Source of the DNA: Sedimentisphaeraceae bacterium JB056 | Lineage (GTDB): Bacteria > Planctomycetota > Phycisphaerae > Sedimentisphaerales > Sedimentisphaeraceae | Length of the DNA: 64,000 bases | Reading direction: 5' to 3' | Assembly (NCBI GenBank): GCA_044440125.1 | Contig: JBITAJ010000022.1 | Span: 128,001 to 192,000 of the forward strand | Part shown: one piece after another, positions 11,241 through 21,212 of the stretch | Layout of the letters: each line of letters opens with the position of its first letter | How positions within the stretch are numbered: position 1 is the stretch's first letter | The notes under the pieces: generated by a model | The model's input: only the letters and a program-made list of their open reading frames with translations | Databases searched by the model: none | Told to the model about the DNA's origin: nothing | Position numbers and translations under genes: made by a program

Positions 11241-11257
11241 AGCAATCATCGTGCCAA
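11241..11257 (-). promoter_or_regulatory. sigma54 (-24/-12) promoter of GS-III
   Basis: Minus strand reads TTGGCACGATGATTGCT, matching TGGCACG-N4-TTGC(A/T). It lies 80 nt upstream of the GS-III start, next to a bEBP gene. Confidence 0.88.
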
Positions 11258-11397
11258 AACAGGCAATCAAATCCGTAAATAATGAAAAGTGACCTGGAAT
11301 CTGAGAAATTCGCTGAAAATGGCTTCACAACAATGCTAAAGGCAGTGGTAAAACTTCAATATTCTGCTAACAATTATCAGACCCCTACTTCATAACA

Positions 11398-11438
11398 ACA
11401 AATTTGTAACAACCCGAAAAAGAAATCTACAAAATTGT
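11398..11438. promoter_or_regulatory. Candidate paired enhancer (UAS) palindromes ACAA-ww-TTGT
   Basis: ACAAATTTGT (11398-11407) and ACAAAATTGT (11429-11438), 31 bp apart and about 170-200 bp upstream of the sigma54 start. Confidence 0.5.
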
Positions 11439-11445
11439 TATTATG

Positions 11446-11474
11446 TTGACAAGCACTAACAAAAAAGTTATTAT
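11446..11474 (+). promoter_or_regulatory. sigma70 promoter of the NifA-like regulator
   Basis: TTGACA-N17-TATTAT. Confidence 0.65.
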
Positions 11475-11556
11475 ATCATCGTGGATTCAATTTACAATTG
11501 TTTTTTCTCATTATGAGGAAAATTAGACATAGTGTGGTCGTATAGAAAGGAAAATT

Positions 11557-13089
11557 GTGGCAAAACAATTACCTGATGAGCTTAATCTGCTTAGTGAGAT
11601 AGCTAATGCGTTATCTGAATCTCTTGATCTTAAAAGAACGCTTGAACATATACTCTCGGTACTTGATACTCATATGAACCTCCAGATGGGCACAATAACC
11701 CTGCTTGATGAGGATTCTGAAACAATAAAAATAATGCTTGCTCACGGCATCTCTGAAGAAGCCCAGAGGATGGGAGAGTACAAAGTTGGGGAGGGAATTA
11801 CGGGTACTGTTTTCAAGACAGGAGATGCTGTAATTGTTCCCGATATTGATAAAGACAAACGCTTCCTCGGTAAAACCGGGCAAAGAAAACCTCGTGTTGG
11901 TCATAAAGTTGCATTTCTATGCGTCCCAATCAAGATTGAAGGCAAGACAGTCGGAACTCTCAGCGTTAGCCGTGACACCTTGATAGGTGAAGATATGCTA
12001 GCCAAGAACGTAAGACTTATAAACGTTATCGCGGTTCTCGTCGGTCAAGCTGTAAAAATCAACAAAATGTTCCTCACGCAAAAAGCTGACTGGCAGGAAG
12101 AGACGAGAAAGCTGCGTCAACAGTTGAAAACCAAATTCAACATTGAAAACATGATAGGTACAAGTAACGCGATGAAAGACGTGTTCAGGCTTATCGAGCA
12201 AGTAGCACAAAGCAACGCAACAGTAATGATACGCGGTGAAAGCGGTACAGGAAAAGACCTTATCGCACATGCCATACATTATAAGAGTCTTCGTGCGGAA
12301 AAACCTTTTGTAAAAATCAACTGCACCGCCCTTCCCGAGTCACTGCTTGAAAGCGAACTTTTCGGCCATGAAAAAGGAGCTTTTACAGGAGCTGTCGACA
12401 GAAAGATCGGAAGATTTGAGCGTGCCAATGGCGGCACAATATTCCTTGATGAGATTGGTGACTTTTCCCTTAATCTTCAGGTAAAGCTACTCAGAGTTAT
12501 TCAGTTTAAGGAATTCGAAAGAGTTGGCGGGCATGAAACCATAAAGACAAACGTGAGAATAGTTGTAGCAACTAACCGTAATCTTGAAGAAGATATTAAA
12601 AACGGTGTTTTCCGTGAAGATCTTTATTACAGAATCAATGTATTCCCTATCTATCTGCCGCCGCTTCGAGCACGTAAGAACGACATCATGCTTCTGGCAG
12701 ATCACTTCCTTGAAAAATACTCCACGGAAAACAATAAAGAGATACATCGTATCTCAACACCGGCAATCGAAATGCTAACAAGCTATCACTGGCCCGGCAA
12801 CATACGTGAACTTGAAAATTGCATAGAACGTGCCGTACTTCTCTGCAATGATCAGGTAATAAGAAGTGAACACCTTCCTCCATCACTCCAGATAGAACAT
12901 GGCTACCCTACAGCAAATGGGCGTACGATGCCTGAGACAGTTGAAAACCTTGAGCGTGAGATGATAGTTGAGTCGCTCAAAAAGAATAACGGACACAGAA
13001 GAAAAGTAGCCGAGGAGCTGGGTATCACAGAAAGAATGCTTGGCTACAAGATCAAGAAATACAGTATATATCCCAAACAGTTAGTATAA
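11557..13089 (+). CDS. NifA-like sigma54-dependent activator (GAF-AAA+-HTH)
   Basis: N-terminal GAF ([14 protein letters not shown]); Walker [41 protein letters not shown]-terminal HTH. No receiver domain. Confidence 0.92.
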   Translation: MAKQLPDELNLLSEIANALSESLDLKRTLEHILSVLDTHMNLQMGTITLLDEDSETIKIMLAHGISEEAQRMGEYKVGEGITGTVFKTGDAVIVPDIDKDKRFLGKTGQRKPRVGHKVAFLCVPIKIEGKTVGTLSVSRDTLIGEDMLAKNVRLINVIAVLVGQAVKINKMFLTQKADWQEETRKLRQQLKTKFNIENMIGTSNAMKDVFRLIEQVAQSNATVMIRGESGTGKDLIAHAIHYKSLRAEKPFVKINCTALPESLLESELFGHEKGAFTGAVDRKIGRFERANGGTIFLDEIGDFSLNLQVKLLRVIQFKEFERVGGHETIKTNVRIVVATNRNLEEDIKNGVFREDLYYRINVFPIYLPPLRARKNDIMLLADHFLEKYSTENNKEIHRISTPAIEMLTSYHWPGNIRELENCIERAVLLCNDQVIRSEHLPPSLQIEHGYPTANGRTMPETVENLEREMIVESLKKNNGHRRKVAEELGITERMLGYKIKKYSIYPKQLV

Positions 13090-13129
13090 TATTTATAAGC
13101 CTTATCAATAATGCTCAATAGAAAACTGA

Positions 13130-15205
13130 ATGTATAACAGCAGACTCAAATTCATAATAGCAATCTTCGTTATTGCTCTTTCTGTAGCAGTGATAAGGCT
13201 CATTGAGCTTCAAGTATTCAACAAGACTGAAACCCTGCAAAAAATTGAAAATACAGGAGTAAAGCCACCTGAGATACTTCCGACTCTTCGTGGAAGCATT
13301 TCAGACAGAAACGGAAATATACTGGCGATCGATACCCCAGAATTTTACTTAGCGATCCAATACGATCTGGCAAGGTTAAGAGATGAAAGATTCTGGGAAG
13401 CAAACGCTATCATCCGGTCCAATACCAAAGAGAATATAACTATCGATCAGGGACGTAAGTATTGGGAAAACTTCTTCTCCAAAGACATTGAGCGTCTGGA
13501 TATGATAGTCTCAAAAGCATATGATTTCTCTAATGAAAAACCCGGAAAGATAGAAAAAGAGATATCCGAGATCAATGATCGGATGTGGAGAATGCGACGA
13601 TATTTCGCATGGAAAAGAAACTTCCCTCACTCCGAAGACATAAAAGTTTTCGACTCTCAGGATGCAACTAAGAAGCTTGAACTCGAAGGCTATGTCAATG
13701 ATCTTGCTGAGATGCAATCAGACTGGTATATGCTTGCCAGGCTTAAAGATGACACTCTTTACGAGGCACAGGTATTCTTTCGCGATATTAAAGGTGTAAG
13801 AATAATACCGAAATCGGCACGTAAATACCCCTATAACGACTGCGCGGCACAAACAATAGGCTGGGTCAATCCTCAAAAACGCGATAACGAAGTATTCGCT
13901 TCTGATGAACTCCTGAAATACCACAAGGATGAACTTGCCGGCTACAAAGGCGTTGAGTATGTTTGTGAACCAATACTGCGAGGCAAAAGAGGCAAGCTGG
14001 TTTATGAATCAAGGAACGAAGGACCACAAGTAGACCCACGAGAGTTTGGCAAAGATGTGAGACTTACTATCGATATAGAGTTTCAGAAAACCCTTGAAAA
14101 TATGCTTCTTGATCCAATGATTAACCCTAATGCAGGTTCAAATACATCGTTAGTAGTTATAGATGTTTCAAGCGGTGATATTCTTGCAATGGTATCACTT
14201 CCAACATTTGACCTCAATTCCGCAAGAACTGAATTTGGCAATCTGCTCAAAGATAATAAGAAAAAGCCACTTGTAAACAAGGCTCTTCAGGCAATATACC
14301 CACCGGGTTCTACAATAAAACCTGTTATACTCGCTGCAGGACTTGAGGAATCAGTAGTAACACCTCAAACAACGATAAGCTGCTCACTGCCTGCAGAAGA
14401 AGGATGGCCCAGATGCTGGCTTCAAAGAAAATATGGATGCCACGATGACCAGTTTATATCCGAAGGCGGCACCAACGGCGTAAATGCCATACGGGGAAGC
14501 TGCAACATATATTTCACAAAACTTGCTCATCGAATTGACGGCAGACGTTTGCAATACTGGCTATATCAATTCGGATACGGACATAAAATACTCCAGCAAC
14601 CTGACTTCTCACTTGCTGTAGGGAATTTAGATACAGAACAATTCGATGAGCGCAATATAAGAGAGCAAGCCGGCTTCATATCCAATAAATTGACATCTGC
14701 AAAAGAATTTGACGATGTTCCACTTATTTCCGATGGGGAAAAACGGTGGTTTGGAATGGGCCAAGGAAACCTGCGAGTCACAGTTCTTCAGGTAGCCAAC
14801 GCTTTTGCAACCATTGCCCGTAATGGCGTATTTATCGAACCGCGACTTTATTTGAACTGCGGAGAAGAATCTCAACCGCAAGATATCGGCCTCTCGACCC
14901 AAACAATAAAAACCGTTAAAGACGGCCTTTGGGCTGTAGCCAACAAATACCATGGCTCAGCTTACGAAACATTCAGAAACAGTCAGCTCAAGAAACAGGA
15001 TATAACTATTTACGGCAAGACAGGCTCCACAGAACGCCCTGATAATGCGTGGTTTGCCGGATTCGCAGAAGATAAATACGGCAACAATATAGCACTTGCT
15101 ATCATCGTTGAAAAGGGACAAAGCGGAAGCCAAGATGCTTCACCTCTTGGAAAAGAGGTCTTCAATACCTGCCAAATGTTCGGTTATCTCAGGGGCGTAG
15201 AATAA
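13130..15205 (+). CDS. mrdA: Class B penicillin-binding protein (PBP2/MrdA-like)
   Basis: N-terminal TM; RGSISDRNG; R.YP; intact SxxK (GSTIK), SxN (SCN) and KTG motifs; MGQG. Confidence 0.8.
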   Translation: MYNSRLKFIIAIFVIALSVAVIRLIELQVFNKTETLQKIENTGVKPPEILPTLRGSISDRNGNILAIDTPEFYLAIQYDLARLRDERFWEANAIIRSNTKENITIDQGRKYWENFFSKDIERLDMIVSKAYDFSNEKPGKIEKEISEINDRMWRMRRYFAWKRNFPHSEDIKVFDSQDATKKLELEGYVNDLAEMQSDWYMLARLKDDTLYEAQVFFRDIKGVRIIPKSARKYPYNDCAAQTIGWVNPQKRDNEVFASDELLKYHKDELAGYKGVEYVCEPILRGKRGKLVYESRNEGPQVDPREFGKDVRLTIDIEFQKTLENMLLDPMINPNAGSNTSLVVIDVSSGDILAMVSLPTFDLNSARTEFGNLLKDNKKKPLVNKALQAIYPPGSTIKPVILAAGLEESVVTPQTTISCSLPAEEGWPRCWLQRKYGCHDDQFISEGGTNGVNAIRGSCNIYFTKLAHRIDGRRLQYWLYQFGYGHKILQQPDFSLAVGNLDTEQFDERNIREQAGFISNKLTSAKEFDDVPLISDGEKRWFGMGQGNLRVTVLQVANAFATIARNGVFIEPRLYLNCGEESQPQDIGLSTQTIKTVKDGLWAVANKYHGSAYETFRNSQLKKQDITIYGKTGSTERPDNAWFAGFAEDKYGNNIALAIIVEKGQSGSQDASPLGKEVFNTCQMFGYLRGVE

Positions 15206-15347
15206 ATTCAACACTCTTTGAGCCTATATTACCACTTCGACTTGTAAATAATCCACAAAAAAACATTGAATTACAACAAAAACAAAAGTATCATTGAATA
15301 CTTTAATAGTTGACAAACAATTTGGTGCGAGTAAAAAAGGATAGATA

Positions 15348-16532
15348 ATGGTTGAAGTTAAAAAGGTTAAACGATATTTCCGCTGGTTTCTTTTCTCATA
15401 TATCCTTTTCGGCATATCATATATAGCCGTTGAAATCCTGCAAAAATATCTGCTTTCCAACGACATACTAAAAATAACCGATGCTATTGACAGTATAATC
15501 TATTCTTCAATGTCAACTCAGGCATCAAAAATATTGGTAGTCATTTATGGCTTGATGTTAGTTGTTGCCTTTATAAGTTTTTTAGGATTATTTTTATTCT
15601 GGAGTAAGGCAAGATATCTTTTTGTCTTTATCGTTGTTGCAGGCTTGGTACTACCATTGCTGCATTTTCCATTATGGGATTTTCAAACCGTTTATGCATC
15701 AAGTATGAATGAAATAGATTCCATGCTTGGTGGAGTGCTAATTTTCCTTATATTCTGGGGACCTCCCAGCCAACTTTTCAACAAAAAGAAGTTTCAATAC
15801 AGCGAAATTGACATATATCAGGACCAGCAGCCGCAAATTATATCAAATTCACAAAACCACAAGCTTAAAACAACCCTTACAATTGCAATTTCCATAGCAA
15901 TAATCGCATTTTTAAGCTTTTATTACAAACCTATACTGAGTTTATCGGATAATGTACAAAATGCCGTCTCAAAACTTCCAGGACAAACCAAAGAAGAACA
16001 ACAGCCTGAGCTGACAAATGATATCAGAGCTTTATTAGATAAAAAATACCCATCAAGAACCATTCAGACACAATGGTTTAATCTTCAGACACCCCAAAGC
16101 TGGTTTGTTGATGATAATATAGGATGGGATACGAATGGATATGTAAAAATTGCGTATTTTATGGGTTGGCATGATTATAATGAAGAAGATTTTACATTTA
16201 AACCCTTCATATATATAAATCGATCAAACTTTGACATGCGAAAAGAAGAGAATCAGCACAGTCAAATCTTTAATTTCCTGAAACATTCAGTTAGAAGCGT
16301 TACACAATTCAAAACCATAGCAGGAAAAGAATGCACTGTAATGCGATACAGCGGCTCCAAAAGCTTCAACCCCGACTCTGAAGATAAAATAGCAGATAAT
16401 TCAGATAAAGAAGACTCAGTCACTATATTTTTCCAATTTAGCGACTTGTCTATGTTTGGCTATTTCTGGGGTTTTGAGGCTGATGAAGACGCCTTCTGGA
16501 AGAGTATGGAGTCGATTCAATGGCAAAAATAG
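15348..16532 (+). CDS. Hypothetical membrane protein (about 4-5 TM plus a soluble C-terminal domain)
   Basis: 394-aa ORF with an RBS-like AAGGA; hydrophobic N-terminal half; AT-rich. Confidence 0.65.
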   Translation: MVEVKKVKRYFRWFLFSYILFGISYIAVEILQKYLLSNDILKITDAIDSIIYSSMSTQASKILVVIYGLMLVVAFISFLGLFLFWSKARYLFVFIVVAGLVLPLLHFPLWDFQTVYASSMNEIDSMLGGVLIFLIFWGPPSQLFNKKKFQYSEIDIYQDQQPQIISNSQNHKLKTTLTIAISIAIIAFLSFYYKPILSLSDNVQNAVSKLPGQTKEEQQPELTNDIRALLDKKYPSRTIQTQWFNLQTPQSWFVDDNIGWDTNGYVKIAYFMGWHDYNEEDFTFKPFIYINRSNFDMRKEENQHSQIFNFLKHSVRSVTQFKTIAGKECTVMRYSGSKSFNPDSEDKIADNSDKEDSVTIFFQFSDLSMFGYFWGFEADEDAFWKSMESIQWQK

Positions 16533-16730
16533 CAATTTACTAATAGCCCGAACGTACTTTCTCATAGAAAAACATATAAGGATTTTGACCTGTACCGAAC
16601 ATCAAAAACAAAATTTCGTATTTAAGATTTGAATTCCCAGAAAAAAGCTGATATACGGATATCAGTATTTACAACTTTCGTTCTTTAAATAATTATTACT
16701 AACATTGTTAATTGACGAGGATTTAAGAGA

Positions 16731-18116
16731 ATGAGCAGAAAAATTACACAAGTTATCACAATTATGATGGTTATGGCTTTTTCAACCATATCTTTGGGTG
16801 CACCGGAATCATTCAAAGATATCGTTAAAAAAGTAAATCCGGCTGTCGTTTACATCGAGATTTCTAAAGAGGTACAAGGCAGATACAACATGTGGGGGCA
16901 GCAATCACCACAGGATGTCACAGGCAGCGGCAGCGGGGCTATTATTGACGCGAAGAACGGTTACATATTAACCGCCGCACATGTTATTGATGGCGTTGAC
17001 AAGGCTACTGTAAGCCTCCTTGACGGCAGAGAATTCGAGGCAACTGAGCTGCTTTATGACTCTCAGACAGATGTCGGACTCGTAAAAATAGATATCCCCG
17101 AAGGTGAAACCCTTCCAGAGATAAAGCTTGGCAGCTCCGAGGAGCTTGAGGTTGGCGACTGGGTATTGGCAATGGGCTCTCCACTGGGAAAAGCCCTTGT
17201 AAACTCAGTATCAGCTGGCATTGTAAGCGGCAAAGGTCGTAAGAGCGGCATACTTGGTCAACTTGGTATTGAAGATTTCATCCAGACAGATGCCGTAATC
17301 AACAAAGGCAACAGCGGCGGACCACTTGTGAACATGAAAGGTGAAATAATAGGTATCAATTCCAACATTATTTCTGCTACAGGACTCAGTACTGGTCTCG
17401 GATTTGCGGTACCAAGCGATATGGCCAAAGATGTAGTAGAAAAGCTTGTCAAAGACGGCGCTGTTGTCAGGGGATATCTGGGAGTCTCTGTCACATCATT
17501 CGATGCACTGAAAGAAGATGTTCTGGAAGATATACCTGACGATGTCAAGGATGCCGGAGGCGCCTATATCGTGCAGGTTGTGGAAGATGGCCCTGGTGAT
17601 GAGGGCGGACTCGAAGATGGCGATGTAATCACCAAAGTAGATGATGTACAAATCACGAACAGTGCAGAACTGATTAAGTATATCAGCTCAAAAATGCCAG
17701 ATGAAACGGTCGTGTGCTATGTAAACCGTGACGGCAAAGATAAAAAAGTCAAAGTCAAGCTGGGCATCAGGCCGGGAACAGGTGGAAGCGGCGAGAATGC
17801 TATAGTTACAAGTCGTGACAAGAAGACAGAGGCTTACAAGAAGCTTGGCATCGTTACAGATGATTATACGGAACAAAGTGAAATGCCTGGCATGGCACCG
17901 CTTGAAGCCGTTAAAATTCGAAGCGTTGCAAAGAATTCAATAGCCGAAGAATTTGGTCTTCAGGACGGTGATATTATCGTGGAAGTTGACGGCGAGAGAG
18001 TCAAAAACAGCTCTGAATTCAATGAGGCTATTGACGATGCGGATCTTGATGACGGCATTCTTCTGAATGTTAAGAGCAAGGGAAGTTTTAAAAAGGTATT
18101 TATAAAAGAGTTTTAA
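16731..18116 (+). CDS. degP: DegP/HtrA serine protease with 2 PDZ domains
   Basis: Signal peptide; GSGSG, TAAHV, TDVGL, IQTDAVINKGNSGGPL; two PDZ domains. Confidence 0.92.
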   Translation: MSRKITQVITIMMVMAFSTISLGAPESFKDIVKKVNPAVVYIEISKEVQGRYNMWGQQSPQDVTGSGSGAIIDAKNGYILTAAHVIDGVDKATVSLLDGREFEATELLYDSQTDVGLVKIDIPEGETLPEIKLGSSEELEVGDWVLAMGSPLGKALVNSVSAGIVSGKGRKSGILGQLGIEDFIQTDAVINKGNSGGPLVNMKGEIIGINSNIISATGLSTGLGFAVPSDMAKDVVEKLVKDGAVVRGYLGVSVTSFDALKEDVLEDIPDDVKDAGGAYIVQVVEDGPGDEGGLEDGDVITKVDDVQITNSAELIKYISSKMPDETVVCYVNRDGKDKKVKVKLGIRPGTGGSGENAIVTSRDKKTEAYKKLGIVTDDYTEQSEMPGMAPLEAVKIRSVAKNSIAEEFGLQDGDIIVEVDGERVKNSSEFNEAIDDADLDDGILLNVKSKGSFKKVFIKEF

Positions 18117-18144
18117 CAATAAAACGAAGTGAATTATTAAAACC

Positions 18145-18184
18145 AAACCGGCGCCAGCTCAACACTGGTGCCGGTTTTTTTTTG
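18145..18184 (+). terminator. Intrinsic terminator after degP
   Basis: AAACCGGCGCCAG-loop-CTGGTGCCGGTTT followed by a T run. Confidence 0.85.
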
Positions 18185-18306
18185 CATTTAATACTCAAGA
18201 ATTTTTCAAAAAAGCCTTGATTAAGCACATTGACAGACTATTATAGAATACAGAAAAACATTTACAAAGATATCAAATAGACTGGCAAATAATAGGAGAA
18301 AGGGAT

Positions 18307-19119
18307 ATGTTCAAGAGAATACAGCTATTGGCGTTTTGTGCGATTTTTACCATATCATCATACGCTGAAATTTCAGTCGGCGACCCTGCGAGAGAGTTGC
18401 GAGTCCGTAAATGGCTAACAAGAGAACATCCTGATCTTGAAGTTCTTGCCGGAAAAGTACATTTGATACAATTCTGGGCAACTTGGTGTCCGTATTGCGT
18501 AGACTGCATCCCCAAAATGAATGAAATCTCCAACAAATATTCAAGTGAAGGTTTAGTTGTCGTAGGAATCTCTGTTGACAAAAAACAATACGCCGTTACC
18601 GAGTTGATGAAGAAAAAAGACTTTGATTATGCTGTTGCAATTGATGGGGGCAGCAAGTCGATTTATGAAGTGAAAGCATTCCCGTTTGCTGTACTGATCG
18701 ATGCCTATGGCAAAATCAAATGGTCAGGACACACAGGAAACGACTCGCTTACCAATGCTATAGAAAAAGAATTGCTTGAGGCACCAACTCCTGTATTCAA
18801 AGATATCGATCTAAGCGATTTCGAGGAAATAGATATCCCACTAAAGAAAGGGACATCATTTGCAAAGATATATAAAATACTTAAGTATAACAGTGAAAAG
18901 TCTGATGGAGAAAGCAAAACCAAAGCCACCGAAATCATAAACACTCTGGACAAGAGAGTAGAAGAACAGTTTAATTTCGCAAGCAAGATACAGGAGAATG
19001 ACAAAGAGACAGCAATAAAGCTGTTCATGAATATCGCAAAGAATTACAGAGGGCCGGACATTTCAAGAGATGCAATCGAAAAAATCAAAGATATCAAACA
19101 GCAACTTGCCGAAAAATAG
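18307..19119 (+). CDS. Exported TlpA/redoxin-family thiol-disulfide protein with helical C-terminal extension
   Basis: Signal peptide; FWATWCPYC; AFP cis-Pro loop. Confidence 0.85.
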   Translation: MFKRIQLLAFCAIFTISSYAEISVGDPARELRVRKWLTREHPDLEVLAGKVHLIQFWATWCPYCVDCIPKMNEISNKYSSEGLVVVGISVDKKQYAVTELMKKKDFDYAVAIDGGSKSIYEVKAFPFAVLIDAYGKIKWSGHTGNDSLTNAIEKELLEAPTPVFKDIDLSDFEEIDIPLKKGTSFAKIYKILKYNSEKSDGESKTKATEIINTLDKRVEEQFNFASKIQENDKETAIKLFMNIAKNYRGPDISRDAIEKIKDIKQQLAEK

Positions 19120-19121
19120 CT

Positions 19122-19163
19122 AAAAAGCCGAAATATACCATATTGTATATTTCGGCTTTTTTT
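19122..19163. terminator. Bidirectional intrinsic terminator
   Basis: AAAAAGCCGAAATATAC-loop-GTATATTTCGGCTTTTTT between convergent genes. Confidence 0.85.
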
Positions 19164-19172
19164 GTAACACTC

Positions 19173-20534
19173 TCAGTTTCGCAATGCTTTTATTGGTGCC
19201 GGAATACGCCCTTTTCGGGCAATAAATTTCGGAGCTGCTTCCATTGGTACACTCATTATAGGTGCCGACCCCAAAAGCCCGCCAAAATGGACCATATCAC
19301 CGACATCCATCCCAGGCACAGGTATAACCCGCACGCCGGTAGTTTTATTATTTGCAACACCAATAGCAAGCTCGTCAGCTATTATAGCCGAGAGGACCTC
19401 TGCAGGAGTCTTGCCCGGCAATGCAAACATATCCAGTCCAACAGAACACACACTTGTCAAGGCCTCAAGCTTCTCAAGGTTCAAAGATCCATCCTGAACA
19501 GCACGTATCATCCCCATATCTTCGCTGACAGGAATAAATGTTCCGCTAAGACCGCCGACATTGCCTGAAGCCATTGCACCGCCCTTTTTGACCGCATCAA
19601 TCAGCAGTGCCAGAGCAGCAGTAGAACCGGGTCTTCCCATTTGGCTAATTCCCATCGCCTCAATTATCTCAGCAACAGAATCTCCTACGGCAGTAGTCGA
19701 GGCCAGTGAGACATCTACAATGCCAAAATCAACATCAAGTTTGCCAGCCATCTCACGACCAATAAGTTCACCTGCCCTGGTTATTTTGAACACCGTTCGT
19801 TTTATGACCTCAGAAAGTTCAGTAAGATCGCAATCCGGGTTTTGAGCAACAACCGCACGCACAACACCAGGACCTGAAATACCAACATTGAGAGAAAAAT
19901 CTGGTTCACCAACTCCGTGATTAGCACCAGCCATAAAAGGATTATCTTCAGGCACATTTGCAAAGACAACCAGCTTGGCACACCCTATACCATTTTCAGT
20001 ACACTCCGCAAGCTCCTTCATGACATGCCCTACACGCTCAATAGCCGTCATATTCATGCCGGCGAGAGTTGTGGCAAGATTAAAGAAACTACAGACCCTA
20101 TCGGTCTGCGAAAGAGCCTTCGGGATAGCATTCAGCAGATTTTCATCAGAAGCAGTCATGCCTTTCTGCATTAAAGCTCCAAAACCTCCGATAAAATCTA
20201 TTCCGGCTTTCTTCGCAGCCCTATCGAGCGTTTTAGCAAAACTGACAACAGTAGCCTTGTTTTTCGGCAATGGCTCAAGGAGTATTGAAGCCGGTGTTAT
20301 AGAAATACGACGGTTTATAATTGGTATGCCGTATTTATCCTCAAGCTCATCAGCAAAAGCCGTAAGCTTTGAGCCCATCTCAACGATGCGATCATAAACC
20401 CGTTTGTTAAAATCGGATAACTTCCTGTCCATACAGTCTTTAAGATTTATTCCAAGCGTCACTGTTCTAATATCGAACTTGTGATCCATGGTCATCTGAA
20501 CCGTCTCGAAAACCTCTTCTACCGATACTCGCAT
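19173..20534 (-). CDS. DUF711/UPF0210 (PFL-like) family protein
   Basis: DIRTVTLGI, GIPIINRRISITP, EDNPFMAG, FKITRAG, GGLSGTFIPVSED, CSVGLDM, NNKTT. Confidence 0.92.
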   Translation of the reverse strand: MRVSVEEVFETVQMTMDHKFDIRTVTLGINLKDCMDRKLSDFNKRVYDRIVEMGSKLTAFADELEDKYGIPIINRRISITPASILLEPLPKNKATVVSFAKTLDRAAKKAGIDFIGGFGALMQKGMTASDENLLNAIPKALSQTDRVCSFFNLATTLAGMNMTAIERVGHVMKELAECTENGIGCAKLVVFANVPEDNPFMAGANHGVGEPDFSLNVGISGPGVVRAVVAQNPDCDLTELSEVIKRTVFKITRAGELIGREMAGKLDVDFGIVDVSLASTTAVGDSVAEIIEAMGISQMGRPGSTAALALLIDAVKKGGAMASGNVGGLSGTFIPVSEDMGMIRAVQDGSLNLEKLEALTSVCSVGLDMFALPGKTPAEVLSAIIADELAIGVANNKTTGVRVIPVPGMDVGDMVHFGGLLGSAPIMSVPMEAAPKFIARKGRIPAPIKALRN

Positions 20535-20552
20535 ATAATAACCTTATAAATT

Positions 20553-20891
20553 TCAAACTTTAATATGTACAGCAAGCCAAACAGTCATATCACCAGCCTT
20601 AGTTGAAGCAACCCGATGCTTTCTATGGGCCTCAATAAAGACATAATCTCCTTTAGAGAGTTTGACTTGCTCGTTATCTTCAAATTCAATAACGGCATCA
20701 CCTTCAAGAACCATGACCCACTCAGCCTGTTGCTGATCATACCAGAAATCTTTGTCACTGCACTGGCCAGTCGAAACGATACGTTCGATCCTTACTCCAT
20801 TGCCAGCGAATAAATCATCAAAGACCTCTTGATCACAGGTTTGTGAAATCCCCTCAAAAATGTTGCCCTTAGAAATCTCCATAACTTTCAA
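20553..20891 (-). CDS. Cupin domain protein
   Basis: VRIERIVSTGQ, WYDQ...EWVMVLEG, GDYVFI.AH.KHRV, TVWLAVH. The start may be the ATG at 20882. Confidence 0.85.
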   Translation of the reverse strand: MKVMEISKGNIFEGISQTCDQEVFDDLFAGNGVRIERIVSTGQCSDKDFWYDQQQAEWVMVLEGDAVIEFEDNEQVKLSKGDYVFIEAHRKHRVASTKAGDMTVWLAVHIKV

Positions 20892-20900
20892 TCAATAATA

Positions 20901-21212
20901 TCAAACCCTATGCATAGCCGCAAAGATATCTTCATGCTGGAAAGTAATACGCAGTTCCATATCTTCTGCAATCCTGGCAATACTCTCCTTGATTTCCTTC
21001 ATACCGACAGTAGCACCCGCAATATCGCAAGCCATTGTCATTACAAAGTAATTTTCCATGATTTTCTGATTAACATCAACGATATTGATACCAGCTTTAG
21101 CCATCTCGCTGCTAAGCCTGGCAATAATACCCACCTTGTCCTGTCCGGTAACAGTAACAATACATATCTGAGACTCTTTATTTTCTGCTTTTTTTATTTT
21201 TTTTGCGGCCAT
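20901..21212 (-). CDS. Stand-alone ACT domain protein (UPF0237)
   Basis: VTVTGQDKVGII, NIVDVNQ, QHEDIFAAMHRV; usual partner of DUF711. Confidence 0.9.
   Translation of the reverse strand: MAAKKIKKAENKESQICIVTVTGQDKVGIIARLSSEMAKAGINIVDVNQKIMENYFVMTMACDIAGATVGMKEIKESIARIAEDMELRITFQHEDIFAAMHRV

Noticed and set aside
11557..13089. Calling the activator nifA and inferring nitrogen fixation
   Set aside because: No nif genes in the window, no TGT-N10-ACA site seen in the spacer, and an HTH that differs from NifA
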